This document shows, piece after piece, positions 54,285 to 63,877 of a stretch of DNA of 64,000 nt. Position numbers and translations under genes: made by a program. Each line of letters begins with the position of its first letter. The stretch's first letter is position 1. A model generated the notes under the pieces. It had not been told where the DNA came from. It saw nothing but the letters and a program-made list of their open reading frames with translations, and ran no database searches. Source of the stretch: Actinomycetota bacterium (lineage in GTDB: Bacteria > Actinomycetota > Acidimicrobiia > Acidimicrobiales > JACCXE01); the NCBI GenBank assembly GCA_041166405.1, contig JBEEFV010000093.1, positions 21,252-85,251 on the forward strand, given 5' to 3'.

Positions 54285-55712
54285 ATGCTCGATCTGCTGA
54301 ACGGTTTCGTCGGGGAGTTGCGCAACGCCGGCTTGCCGGTGTCGCTGACCGAGTCGATCGACGCCATGAACGCGGTCAAGCACGTCCCGCTCGAAGATCG
54401 CGAGGCGTTCAAGTACGCGCTCGGCGCCACGATGGTGAAGTCGGCCGCACACTGGCGCGCCTTCGAGACGGTGTTCGAGGTCTACTTCTCGACGCGGCTG
54501 GCTCCGCCCGAAGGTGGCGACGGGAACGGCGCGCTCGACGACGTCGCCCTCGAGATGCTGCGCGAGATGCAGGGCGAGCAAGCCGGTGGCGGACTCGAAG
54601 GACTCACGCCCGAGCAACTCGCCGAGATGCTCTACAAGGCGTTGATGAACGCCGACGACGCCATGATCAAGGCGCTCGCCAAGCAGGCCGTCGCCCGCTA
54701 CGCCGGGATGGAACCCGGGCGTCCCGTCGGCGGCACGTACTACCTGTATCGCACGCTGCGGAACCTCGACCTCGAGGGAATGCTCGAGCGCATGATGCAG
54801 GAGGCGCAGAATGAAGCCGACGACGGCCAGCTGACGTCGCTCGAAGAACGCCTCGCGCACGACGAGTACCAGTCGCGCATCGAGAAGCTGCGCCAGGAGA
54901 TCGAAGCGGAGATCCGCCGCCGGTTGGTGGCCGACCGCGGGCCCGAGGCGATGGCGCGCACGCTGCGCAAGCCGTTGCCCGAAGACATCGACTTCATGCA
55001 CGCGTCGAAAGAAGAGCTGGGCAACTTGCGCAAGGCGATCGCGCCGTTGACGCGCAAGCTCGCGGTGCGGTTGGCGCGCAAGCGGCGTCATGGTCGCAAG
55101 GGTCCGCTCGACTTCCGCAACACCGTGCGGCACTCGCTGTCCTACGGCGGCGTCCCGGCCGAGCCGAAGTTCAAGTACCCGCGCCCGTCCAAGCCCGAGT
55201 TGGTGATCATCGCCGACATCTCAGGGTCGGTTGCGGCCTTCGCCCGCTTCACGCTGCACCTGACCTACGCGCTCAACACGCAGTTCTCGAAAGTGCGGTC
55301 GTTCGTGTTCATCGACGGCATCGACGAAGTGACGGAGTTCTTCACCGGCGTCGAGGACATCACCGACGCCATCACGCGCGTCAACAACGAAGCCGACGTG
55401 ATCTGGGTCGACGGCCACTCCGGCTACGGCCACGCCTTCGAAGTGTTCTGGGAGCGGTGGGGCAAAGAGCTCAACCCGAAGACGTCGGTGCTGCTGCTCG
55501 GCGACGCCCGCAACAACTACCACGCCGCCCAGTCGTGGGTCGTGCACGAGATGAACAAGCGGGCGCGCCACGTCTACTGGCTGAACCCGGAACCGCGTTC
55601 ATACTGGGACACCGGCGACTCGATCGTCAGCGAATACGGCACCCACTGCGACGGCGTCTACGAGTGCCGCAACCTGCGCCAACTCGAAAACTTCGTCGGT
55701 CTCCTCGACTAA
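54285..55712 (+). CDS. VWA domain protein of the CoxE type
   Basis: Starts immediately after the MoxR stop. C-terminal MIDAS IIADISGSV. N-terminal LRNAGLPVSLTESIDAM is typical of the CoxE family. Confidence 0.85.
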   Translation: MLDLLNGFVGELRNAGLPVSLTESIDAMNAVKHVPLEDREAFKYALGATMVKSAAHWRAFETVFEVYFSTRLAPPEGGDGNGALDDVALEMLREMQGEQAGGGLEGLTPEQLAEMLYKALMNADDAMIKALAKQAVARYAGMEPGRPVGGTYYLYRTLRNLDLEGMLERMMQEAQNEADDGQLTSLEERLAHDEYQSRIEKLRQEIEAEIRRRLVADRGPEAMARTLRKPLPEDIDFMHASKEELGNLRKAIAPLTRKLAVRLARKRRHGRKGPLDFRNTVRHSLSYGGVPAEPKFKYPRPSKPELVIIADISGSVAAFARFTLHLTYALNTQFSKVRSFVFIDGIDEVTEFFTGVEDITDAITRVNNEADVIWVDGHSGYGHAFEVFWERWGKELNPKTSVLLLGDARNNYHAAQSWVVHEMNKRARHVYWLNPEPRSYWDTGDSIVSEYGTHCDGVYECRNLRQLENFVGLLD

Positions 55713-55721
55713 CCCCGCATT

Positions 55722-55764
55722 CTTGTGATGTTCCGTCGGGGTCTTGTCGACAAAACATCACAAG
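55722..55764. terminator. Perfect 11-bp inverted repeat between convergent genes
   Basis: cttgtgatgtt (55722-55732) pairs with aacatcacaag (55754-55764). AT-rich. It overlaps the last codons of the VOC gene. Confidence 0.5.
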
Positions 55765-56126
55765 AGCGGTGCTTGGAACTCCAGGCGATTGCCGAACGGG
55801 TCGAACACGAAGATGCGGTCGACGCCAGCGATCGGGTCGTCGTCTTTGACTTCGTAGCCGGCTGCGCGTGCAGCCTCACCCAGGGTCTTCACTTCGTCGA
55901 CCTTGAACGCCACGTGCGCTTTACGCGCCGCGCGGAAGTCCACCTCCACGCCGATGTGCACCTGCACGTCGGAGTCAGAGCGAAACCAGCAGCCGCCGCG
56001 CCCTGCGAGTTCCGCCGGCTTCGGCACCTCCGTCAACCCGAGGAGGTCGCCGTAGAACGCGCGTGCGCGGTCTTCCTCGCCGACGGGAATGGCGAGTTGC
56101 ACGTGGTCGATGCGCTCGATCTGCAC
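55758..56126 (-). CDS. Glyoxalase/VOC family protein
   Basis: IDHVQLAIPVGEEDRARAFYGDLLGL. 122 aa. Confidence 0.8.
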   Translation of the reverse strand: MQIERIDHVQLAIPVGEEDRARAFYGDLLGLTEVPKPAELAGRGGCWFRSDSDVQVHIGVEVDFRAARKAHVAFKVDEVKTLGEAARAAGYEVKDDDPIAGVDRIFVFDPFGNRLEFQAPLL

Positions 56127-56143
56127 TGTGCGATCTTACGAGC

Positions 56144-56689
56144 GTGTCACCGGATAGAACTGCGGCTATGTGCGCATGGCAGGTTCCGACGACGGACGAA
56201 ACCGAGCTCTTTCTCTCGTTCCTGCAGGGCGAACGTGACAAGGTGCTGCGTTCCATCGAAGGACTCGACGAGGACGAGGCGCGGTGGACGCCGGACGGCA
56301 AACTCCTGCCGATCCTCGGGATCGTCAACCATCTCACTGAAGTCGAATGGCGGTGGACGAACGGCCGTTACCTGCGCGAGCCGGTGTCCGAACACGGCAG
56401 TCGTCCTGGATGCGTGCCACCCGGCGACGCCGAGTTCACCGTCGACCGAACTCGAACCGTCGGTGATGTGGTCGCGGCGTACCGCGCCCGCGCAGAAGAA
56501 ACGGCGCGCATTGTGCGCGGCGCGCCAAACCTTGACGCAGAGTGCCCCGGCAGCGCGAACCAACCGCCCCGCCCAGGTCTGTACCTGCGATGGGTCTTGC
56601 TCCACCTTGTCGAGGAGACCGCGCACCACGCCGGCCACGCCGACTCGACGCGCGAGCTCTTGGATGCACGGTCGGGGGCTCGGCCTTAA
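56144..56689 (+). CDS. DinB/DUF664 (mycothiol-dependent enzyme-like) family protein
   Basis: LVNHLTEVEWRW and HLVEETAHHAGHADSTRE (metal-binding His). The start is GTG 56144 or ATG 56168. Confidence 0.75.
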   Translation: MSPDRTAAMCAWQVPTTDETELFLSFLQGERDKVLRSIEGLDEDEARWTPDGKLLPILGIVNHLTEVEWRWTNGRYLREPVSEHGSRPGCVPPGDAEFTVDRTRTVGDVVAAYRARAEETARIVRGAPNLDAECPGSANQPPRPGLYLRWVLLHLVEETAHHAGHADSTRELLDARSGARP

Positions 56690-57399
56690 CGCGCGATGAC
56701 CTCGTCGCCGACGCTGATCGCTCCCGCCTTTGTGATCGAGCAGTAGACGCCGAGGTTGTTGCCGCGCGTGTCGCGGATCGTCGTGCCGACGGACATGTCG
56801 CGCGGGATGCCGGGCTGGGCGCGTGACGGCATCGAACAACGCGGCGTCGGCATGATCACTTTCGCTTCGACGGAGCCGAGCGCGACCTCGCTCCACGCGT
56901 CCTCCGTGCCGGATGACTCGATGAGCGCCGTCGGCCGGAAGCGGCGCACGTCCCACTCGCCGAGGCTGGCGGTCGTGAGGAAATGGGCGTCGGCGAGGTC
57001 GAGCCACGTCCCGGCCGGACCCGGCCAGTCGAACAGGGGAGTGGTCTCGTCCGACATGCCGGTGTACATCTCCATCGGGAAGACACCATCGCTCGGCGGC
57101 GCCTCGAGGCGCACGTCTTTGCCGAGCCACTCCGACAACGCCGCGTGCACGTTGGGGTCGTCGGCGGCGAACTCGTCGCCGCTCGGCAGGCCGATCACGA
57201 TGCCACCGTCGACGGTGCGCGCCGACGCCATCAACAGATCGGCGTAGCGCTTCGCGGACAAGACCTTGCGCGCCGCGGGATCCACGACGGCGAGGACGCG
57301 GTCACCGGGCGAACCGCCGGGTCCCAGTTCGATGCGGTCGACGCGTTCGCCTTGCATCGACTTGACGGGATAGCGCCACAACTCGGCGACAGAACTCAT
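56686..57399 (-). CDS. MOSC domain protein
   Basis: ATG at 57399 (MSSVAELWRYPVKSMQGE), forming an ATGA overlap with the upstream gene. The ORF-track extension to 57726 was rejected. Confidence 0.85.
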   Translation of the reverse strand: MSSVAELWRYPVKSMQGERVDRIELGPGGSPGDRVLAVVDPAARKVLSAKRYADLLMASARTVDGGIVIGLPSGDEFAADDPNVHAALSEWLGKDVRLEAPPSDGVFPMEMYTGMSDETTPLFDWPGPAGTWLDLADAHFLTTASLGEWDVRRFRPTALIESSGTEDAWSEVALGSVEAKVIMPTPRCSMPSRAQPGIPRDMSVGTTIRDTRGNNLGVYCSITKAGAISVGDEVIAR

Positions 57400-58205
57400 G
57401 GTGTCTCGATTTCTGCGAAGAGACCGAAGTGGTCGGACGCGAACGCGCCGGTCAACGCGCGATCGCACACGACGTCGCAGAACGCGACGCGGCCCGCGCC
57501 TTTCGTGTCGTCCTTGCGCCAGCCGCTGAAGATGTAGTCGATCCGCCGGTCGGGCTCTCGTTCGACGGCGGCGTTGACGTTGCGGTTGTCCCACGTGAAC
57601 CCGTCTCCGCGCCCGCCGGCGACGCGCCACGCGTCTTGGTAGTACGTGCTGCGCCCGTCGATGGCGTGCGAGCCGGTGAGGAACCGGATCTCGGTGGAGT
57701 CGGGCTCGGCGTTGAAGTCGCCGCACACGACCGGCGGAAGCGACGCGTCACGGTCGACGTGTTGACGGACGAAGTCGTCGATCTCGACGACTTCCACTTC
57801 GCGAATGTGGCCTTCGTCGTAACGCCACACGAGGTGCGTGCTGAAGATGTCGAACCCATTCGTGCGGGCGTGCAGCACGATGCGCTGTACTTCGTCGAGC
57901 CGGCCCGGCGGGTTCGACTTGAGATCGCCGTCGTGCTGCTCGTCGATCGGCCAGATCGACAGGACGGCGTTGCCGAACTTGGCGGCGCCGTCCATCACGT
58001 CACGGCCGGCGAACGCGACGTGCCAATCACCGGCGGCATTCTCGGCGATCCAGTCGGCTTGGTTCTTGCCGTCGGGCATCTGGACGACTTCTTGCAGACA
58101 GATGATGTGGGGTTCGACGTGATCGATCCACGCCACGATGTCTTGGCGACGGGCGCGCCAGTCGCCCATCACGTTCCAGATGTTGAGCGTCATCACCCGC
58201 AGCAT
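57396..58205 (-). CDS. Endonuclease/exonuclease/phosphatase (EEP) family protein
   Basis: VMTLNIWN, ICLQEV, GDFN, SDHFGL motifs. Confidence 0.85.
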   Translation of the reverse strand: MLRVMTLNIWNVMGDWRARRQDIVAWIDHVEPHIICLQEVVQMPDGKNQADWIAENAAGDWHVAFAGRDVMDGAAKFGNAVLSIWPIDEQHDGDLKSNPPGRLDEVQRIVLHARTNGFDIFSTHLVWRYDEGHIREVEVVEIDDFVRQHVDRDASLPPVVCGDFNAEPDSTEIRFLTGSHAIDGRSTYYQDAWRVAGGRGDGFTWDNRNVNAAVEREPDRRIDYIFSGWRKDDTKGAGRVAFCDVVCDRALTGAFASDHFGLFAEIETP

Positions 58206-58208
58206 CGG

Positions 58209-58940
58209 TCAGTCCAGCGACGCCACGAAGTCGTTGAGAATCTTGGCGCCAACGTCGGGAACTTGCAGCGGCCAGAAGTGTCCCGACGCGAACTCGACTG
58301 ACTGCGCGCCGAGCGTCTCGACTACCTCCGGTGCGAGATCTCCCGACGTAAACGGGTCGTCGCTCGGGCGCAGCACGAGGCACGGCCGCGTCGCCCGCGT
58401 GTAGCTGTCGCTCCAGTCGGCGTTCGGGTTCGGTACTGCGGACCGATAGAGGTCGAGGATGCAGCTGTTCATCACCGGGTCTCCCATCCGCGTGAGCTTG
58501 AGCGCGGCGGTCTCGTCGAGACCGAACATCGCGAACAACGGCGCGCGTTCCTCCGGCGTCGACGCTTCCTGATCTTCGAAGAACTTCTCGCCGTCACCCG
58601 GCGTTTGCCAGATCTGCGCGAAGTCGTGCCACACGTAATTGGGATGCAGGACGCCCCCGACGTCGGTGACGAACGAGCGCACCAGTTCCGGATACTTCTG
58701 GCCGATGCGCGCCGAGAATCCGCCACCCCAATCGTGGCCGACGAGGTCGATCGGGCCGTCCAGAGAGCGCAGTTCGTTCGCGATCCACTCGACGTACGCG
58801 TCTTTGGTCGCGGTGAAGCCGTCGGGGCGCGGGCAGCCGAAGCCGGGCAGGCGCAACGCCGTCGACGGTGCGTCGAGTTGGGCGCGAACGTCGTCCCAGA
58901 TGTCGGCGGTCTCGGGCACTCCATGCAGCAGCACGATCAT
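58209..58940 (-). CDS. Alpha/beta hydrolase
   Basis: IVLLHGVPE and LVGHDWGG (nucleophile elbow with Asp). 243 aa. Confidence 0.8.
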   Translation of the reverse strand: MIVLLHGVPETADIWDDVRAQLDAPSTALRLPGFGCPRPDGFTATKDAYVEWIANELRSLDGPIDLVGHDWGGGFSARIGQKYPELVRSFVTDVGGVLHPNYVWHDFAQIWQTPGDGEKFFEDQEASTPEERAPLFAMFGLDETAALKLTRMGDPVMNSCILDLYRSAVPNPNADWSDSYTRATRPCLVLRPSDDPFTSGDLAPEVVETLGAQSVEFASGHFWPLQVPDVGAKILNDFVASLD

Positions 58941-58959
58941 GCGGCGAACCTACTTGTGT

Positions 58960-60396
58960 TCAGGCGAGCGCGTAGATGCGAACCAGCGACGTCTTGCCGC
59001 GTACGGGACGGTCACCGCGATCGGTGAGGTTCGGCGGATGGTGCGAGCACGCGTCGACAACGGCTTGCGTGAGCAAGATGCTGTCACCGGTGTCCTTCGT
59101 CATCTCCTCGACGCGCGACGCGATGTTCACCGCGTCACCGATGACCGTGAAGTCAAGTTTGCCGCCTCCGCCGATCGTTCCGGCGATGACTTGGCCGGTG
59201 TTGATGCCGATCCCGAGTCGCAGCCCGTCACCGAACGTGTCGCGGATCCCGCACTGGATGTCGACCGCAGCGCGAATGGCGCGATCGGCGTGGTCGGCAT
59301 GCGGTTCGGGTGTGCCGAAGACCGCGAGGACGCCGTCTCCCGTGTAGCGGTTGGGGTGACCACCGGCGTCGCGGATAGCGGGCACGAGAATGTCGAACAG
59401 CCGGTTGAGTTGCGCGACGGCGTTCTCCGGGGTCACGTTGTCGGCGTAGGTCGTGAAGCCGCGCACGTCGGCGAAGAACATCGTGGCGTGCACGGCCTCG
59501 CCGTCGAAGATCGACGAGTCCTGGTTCAGCAGCCGTTGCGCCAACGCGGGATCGACGTACGAGCCGAACGCGGCGTGCAGCGCTTGGCGTTGCACCAACC
59601 CGTCCATCATGTCGTTGAAGGCGACGGCGATGTCGCCGATCTGGTCGGCGGAGGTGACCGCGAGTCGGTGTGAGTAGTCGCCTTGCCGCACGCGCGTGAT
59701 GGCGGCCTCCAGGTCTTCGAGCGGCTGGAGCGTCGGCTGCGCGAGACCAATCTGAAACAGCGCGCTGCAGTACACCGCCATGGCAACGCTCGTCACGAAG
59801 CTGGCGACGAAGCCCGTCTCCAGCGACGAGTCGAAGAGGTACGCGATCCCGCCGGCGCCGAGGCCCGACACCAACGCCGCGGAGCTAACGCCGGCGAACA
59901 GCCGCAGCTTGACCGACCACGCACGCATCTTCGGCGGCTGGTTGACGGTCAGTTCGGTCGCGATCTCTTCGAGCAGCGGACGCGCCAGCAGCGTGCACGC
60001 GATCCCGACGAGGAACATCGAGATGGCGAAGGACATCGCGATCATCACCTCGACGATGAGGAAGCCGCGCCAGCCGAGGTGGCCGAAGTGCACGAGCATC
60101 GGGGCGACGATGGTCGCGCCGAGCGGCAAGGCCACTTTGAGCCCTTGCGCCGCGGCGCGCTGTGCCGACACCAGCGCGCTGTCGCGCACGTGCAACGGGT
60201 TCGAATGATCGCCCGCGATCCACGCTTCGATCGGTTTGCGGAAGCGCGGGATCGAATTGGCGCCGTAGAAGGCGGCGACGATCGAGATCAGGAAGGTCGT
60301 GAATCCGAAGACGACGCCGCCGGCGGCGCTGACGCGCCACACCTGCGCGAACAGCTCGCCGGTCGGGATGAGGACGAACACGCCGATGAACAACAC
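58960..60396 (-). CDS. Membrane-bound class III adenylate/guanylate cyclase with HAMP domain
   Basis: Multiple TM helices, HAMP (ITRVRQGDYSHRLAV...IAVAFNDM), cyclase motifs FFADVRGFT, GDGVLAVFG, GINTGQVIAG. Confidence 0.9.
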   Translation of the reverse strand: MLFIGVFVLIPTGELFAQVWRVSAAGGVVFGFTTFLISIVAAFYGANSIPRFRKPIEAWIAGDHSNPLHVRDSALVSAQRAAAQGLKVALPLGATIVAPMLVHFGHLGWRGFLIVEVMIAMSFAISMFLVGIACTLLARPLLEEIATELTVNQPPKMRAWSVKLRLFAGVSSAALVSGLGAGGIAYLFDSSLETGFVASFVTSVAMAVYCSALFQIGLAQPTLQPLEDLEAAITRVRQGDYSHRLAVTSADQIGDIAVAFNDMMDGLVQRQALHAAFGSYVDPALAQRLLNQDSSIFDGEAVHATMFFADVRGFTTYADNVTPENAVAQLNRLFDILVPAIRDAGGHPNRYTGDGVLAVFGTPEPHADHADRAIRAAVDIQCGIRDTFGDGLRLGIGINTGQVIAGTIGGGGKLDFTVIGDAVNIASRVEEMTKDTGDSILLTQAVVDACSHHPPNLTDRGDRPVRGKTSLVRIYALA

Positions 60397-60491
60397 GGCG
60401 ACCGTCGCGCCGGCTTTGATTTAGTGCTCGCGCAAGCGACTCCAGAACCAGTCGACGAACCGTTCCAGCACGGCACAGTTCTATCTGGTCG

Positions 60492-61733
60492 TCAGATGAT
60501 CATGCCTGCACCGACGGTGGCGTTGGTCGCCTCGTCGATGAGGATGAACGAGCCCGTCGTGCGATTGCGGCGGTACTCGTCGACCATGAAGGGCGACGTC
60601 GTACGCAGCGATACGCGGCCGATCTCGTTGAGCGACAGGCCCGTGGCCGTTTCGTCGCGGTGCAGCGTGTTCACGTCGAGGCGGTAGCGCAATTCCTTCA
60701 CGACGGCGCGCGCTTCCTTCGTGGTGTGCTTGATGGCGTACTTGCCCCCGGTTTCCATCGGCTTCTCGCTGAACCAGCAGACCATCGCTTCGATGTCCTG
60801 GCTCGGTTCGGGGTGGTTGCCCGGCCGGCAGATCATGTCGCCGCGCGAGATGTCGATGTCGTCCTCGAGCCGGATCGTGACCGACATCGGCGCGAACGCT
60901 TCGTCGAGCGGACCCTCGTAGGAGTCGATGGCCGCGATGCGAGTCGTCAGCCCCGACGGCAAGACGAGCACGTCGTCGCCGGGACGCAGCACGCCGCCGG
61001 CGACCTGGCCGGCGTAGCCGCGGTAGTCGTGGTGTTCGTCGTTGAGCGGACGGATGACGTACTGCACAGGGAAGCGGACGTCGACCAGGTTGCGGTCGGA
61101 CGCGATCTCTTGCTCCTCGAGGTGCGTCAGCAACGGCAGGCCGCGGTACCACGGCATATTGGTGGACGGTTCGACGACGTTGTCGCCCTTCAACGCGCTG
61201 ATCGGGATGAACGAGAGGTCGGCGATCTCGAGGCGCGTGGCGAACTCACGGAACTCGTCGCGAATCGACTCGAAGACCTTCTCGTCGTAGTCGACGAGGT
61301 CCATCTTGTTGACGCACACGATGATGTGCGGGATGTGCAGCAGCGTCGCCAGGAACGTGTGGCGACGACTCTGCTCGACCAGGCCGTGGCGAGCGTCGAC
61401 CAACACGAGCGCGACGTCGGCGGTCGACGAACCCGTCACCATGTTGCGCGTGTACTGCACGTGGCCGGGCGTGTCGGCGATGATGAACTTGCGGCGCGGC
61501 GTGGCGAAGTAGCGGTAGGCGACGTCGATGGTGATGCCCTGCTCGCGCTCGGCGCGCAGACCGTCGGTCAGCAACGCCAGGTTGACGTAGTCGAGGCCGC
61601 GTCGCTCGCTGGCGTCTTCGACGGCGGTCAGCTGATCCTCGAAGATGCTCTTGGCGTCGTAGAGCAGGCGGCCGATGAGCGTGGACTTGCCGTCGTCAAC
61701 CGAACCGGCGGTGGAGAAGCGAAGGAGTTCCAT
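60492..61733 (-). CDS. cysN: Sulfate adenylyltransferase subunit 1 (GTPase), without a fused APS-kinase domain
   Basis: STAGSVDDGKSTLIGRL, DTPGH, NKMD. 413 aa. Confidence 0.95.
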   Translation of the reverse strand: MELLRFSTAGSVDDGKSTLIGRLLYDAKSIFEDQLTAVEDASERRGLDYVNLALLTDGLRAEREQGITIDVAYRYFATPRRKFIIADTPGHVQYTRNMVTGSSTADVALVLVDARHGLVEQSRRHTFLATLLHIPHIIVCVNKMDLVDYDEKVFESIRDEFREFATRLEIADLSFIPISALKGDNVVEPSTNMPWYRGLPLLTHLEEQEIASDRNLVDVRFPVQYVIRPLNDEHHDYRGYAGQVAGGVLRPGDDVLVLPSGLTTRIAAIDSYEGPLDEAFAPMSVTIRLEDDIDISRGDMICRPGNHPEPSQDIEAMVCWFSEKPMETGGKYAIKHTTKEARAVVKELRYRLDVNTLHRDETATGLSLNEIGRVSLRTTSPFMVDEYRRNRTTGSFILIDEATNATVGAGMII

Positions 61734-62663
61734 CTAGAAGTACCCCTCCTTCTTGCGGTCTTCCATGGCCGCTTCGGTGAAGCGGTCATCGGCGCGCGTG
61801 GCGCCGCGCTCGGTGATGCGCGACGACGCGACCTCGTCGATGATGGCGTCGATCGTCGCCGCGGTGGACTCCACCGCACCGGTGCAGCTCATGTCGCCGA
61901 CGGTGCGGTAGCGCACGATCATGCGCTTCGGCGTCTCGTCGGGCAGCAGCGTCATGAACGGCGCGGTCGACAGCAACATCCCGTCGCGTTCGAACACTTC
62001 GCGTTCGTGACTGAAGTAGATCGACGGGATCTCGAGGTTCTCGCGGCGGAGGTACTGCCACACGTCGAGCTCGGTCCAGTTGGAGATGGGGAAGGCGCGG
62101 ATGTGCTCTCCCTTGCGGACGCGCCCGTTGTAGAGCGACCACAGCTCAGGGCGCTGGTTCTTCGGATCCCACTGGCCGAATTCGTCGCGGAACGAAAGGA
62201 AGCGCTCCTTGGCGCGCGCCTTCTCTTCGTCGCGACGGGCGCCACCGAATGCGGCGTCGAAGCCGTACTCCTCGATGGCGTCGAGCAGCGTGGTCGTCTG
62301 CAGGCGGTTGCGCGACGCGCGCGGTCCCGACTCCTCGACCACGCGGCCTTTGGCGATCGAATCCTCGACGCTGGCGACGATCAGCCGTTCTCCGAGTTCG
62401 GCGACGCGGCGGTCGCGGAACTCGATCGCCTCGGGGAAGTTGTGTCCCGTGTCGACGTGCATGATCGGGAACGGGAACTTGCCCGGGCGGAACGCCTTTT
62501 CGGCGAGGCGCAGCAGGATGATCGAGTCCTTGCCGCCGGAGAACAGCAGCACGGGACGCTCGAACGTCGCCGCCACCTCGCGCATGACGTAGATGGCTTC
62601 GGACTCGAGCATGTCGAGGTGCGACAGCTCGAAGCGGTTGCGTGAATCGGTGGCAGTAGGCAT
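61734..62663 (-). CDS. cysD: Sulfate adenylyltransferase subunit 2
   Basis: PP-loop LFSGGKDSIILL. 309 aa. Directly abuts cysN. Confidence 0.95.
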   Translation of the reverse strand: MPTATDSRNRFELSHLDMLESEAIYVMREVAATFERPVLLFSGGKDSIILLRLAEKAFRPGKFPFPIMHVDTGHNFPEAIEFRDRRVAELGERLIVASVEDSIAKGRVVEESGPRASRNRLQTTTLLDAIEEYGFDAAFGGARRDEEKARAKERFLSFRDEFGQWDPKNQRPELWSLYNGRVRKGEHIRAFPISNWTELDVWQYLRRENLEIPSIYFSHEREVFERDGMLLSTAPFMTLLPDETPKRMIVRYRTVGDMSCTGAVESTAATIDAIIDEVASSRITERGATRADDRFTEAAMEDRKKEGYF

Positions 62664-62678
62664 CAGGAAGGGAAAAGC

Positions 62679-63365
62679 CTAGAGGTGCAGGCCGCACTCC
62701 GTTTTATCGGTGCCCGCCCAGCGTCCGCTTCGCGGATCTTCGCCGTCGGCGACCGGTTTCGTGCACGGCCAGCATCCGATTGACGGATAGCCCTGCGCGG
62801 TGAGCGGGTTGACGGGCACGTCGTGGTCTTTGATGTACCCGTCAACGTCGGCCTGCGTCCAGTTGGCGAGCGGGTTGACCTTGATAAGGCCGCGCAAGTC
62901 GCGCGCCACAATCGGCGCGTTCAGCCGCGTCTCCGCCTCGTCGCGGCGCAGCCCCGACATCCACGCTTCCTTGCCGGCGAGCGCGCGGTCGAGCTGGCCG
63001 ACCTTCACCGCCGAGCAGCAGTTCTCGGGATCGACCTTCCACAGATCCTCGTCGTGGGTCGGCACCGTCATCATCCGCAGGTTGAGCCCGTACTTGCGGC
63101 GCACCTTCTCGACGGTTTCGAGCGTCTCGGGGAAGTGGTAGCCGGTGTCGATGAAGACGACCTCGATGGGCTCGTACACCTTCCACGCGAGATCCACGAG
63201 TACGGCGTCGGTCATCGACGCGGTGAGGCACAGGTGCGGCGCGAAGTTGTCGACGGCCCAGCGAATGATCTTCGAGGGCGACGCGGTCTCGAACGACTTC
63301 GAGATGTCCGCGAGCTCGCCGTCGCTGAAACCGTCAGCGGTCGCTAAGGGCGCAAGGCTTGCCAT
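62679..63365 (-). CDS. cysH: Adenosine 5'-phosphosulfate (APS) reductase, Fe-S type
   Basis: ATG at 63365 preceded by GGAGGAG. NCCSAVKV and GCWPCT cysteines plus C-terminal ECGLH. Confidence 0.9.
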   Translation of the reverse strand: MASLAPLATADGFSDGELADISKSFETASPSKIIRWAVDNFAPHLCLTASMTDAVLVDLAWKVYEPIEVVFIDTGYHFPETLETVEKVRRKYGLNLRMMTVPTHDEDLWKVDPENCCSAVKVGQLDRALAGKEAWMSGLRRDEAETRLNAPIVARDLRGLIKVNPLANWTQADVDGYIKDHDVPVNPLTAQGYPSIGCWPCTKPVADGEDPRSGRWAGTDKTECGLHL

Positions 63366-63877
63366 AGCTCCTCCACTGACTCGTCGAGCGTCTTGTTGCT
63401 GGTGTCGATGCGGATCTCGGGATCGAGCGGCGCCTCGTACGGGTCGTCGACTCCGGTGAGGCCGCTGATCGCGCCTTCGCGCTGCTTGGCGTAGAGGCCC
63501 TTCACGTCGCGTTCGGAGCACAGCTCGACGGGCGTCGCCACGTGCACTTCGACGAACCGCCCCTCGTGCTTCGCCCGCACCTCGTCGCGCGCGTCGCGGT
63601 ACGGCGCGATGACGGGGCAGATGGCGACGACGCCGTTGCGCGACAGCAACTCGGCGACGAAGCCGATGCGGCGCACGTTGGTGCGGCGGTCCTCGGGCGA
63701 CAAGCCGAGGTCGGCCGTGAGGCCTTCGCGGATGACGTCGCCGTCGAGGACCTCGACGCGCTGGCCCGCCTCGATGAACTTCTTCTCGAGCGCGTACGCC
63801 AGCGTCGTCTTGCCTGAAGACGGCAAACCGGTGAGCCAGATCGTTGCGCCCTGCGAGACGTCGATCACGTGGCGCAC
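63344..63877 (-). CDS. cysC: Adenylylsulfate (APS) kinase
   Basis: P-loop LTGLPSSGKTT. 177 aa. Overlaps the cysH start by 22 nt. Confidence 0.9.
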   Translation of the reverse strand: MRHVIDVSQGATIWLTGLPSSGKTTLAYALEKKFIEAGQRVEVLDGDVIREGLTADLGLSPEDRRTNVRRIGFVAELLSRNGVVAICPVIAPYRDARDEVRAKHEGRFVEVHVATPVELCSERDVKGLYAKQREGAISGLTGVDDPYEAPLDPEIRIDTSNKTLDESVEELWQALRP

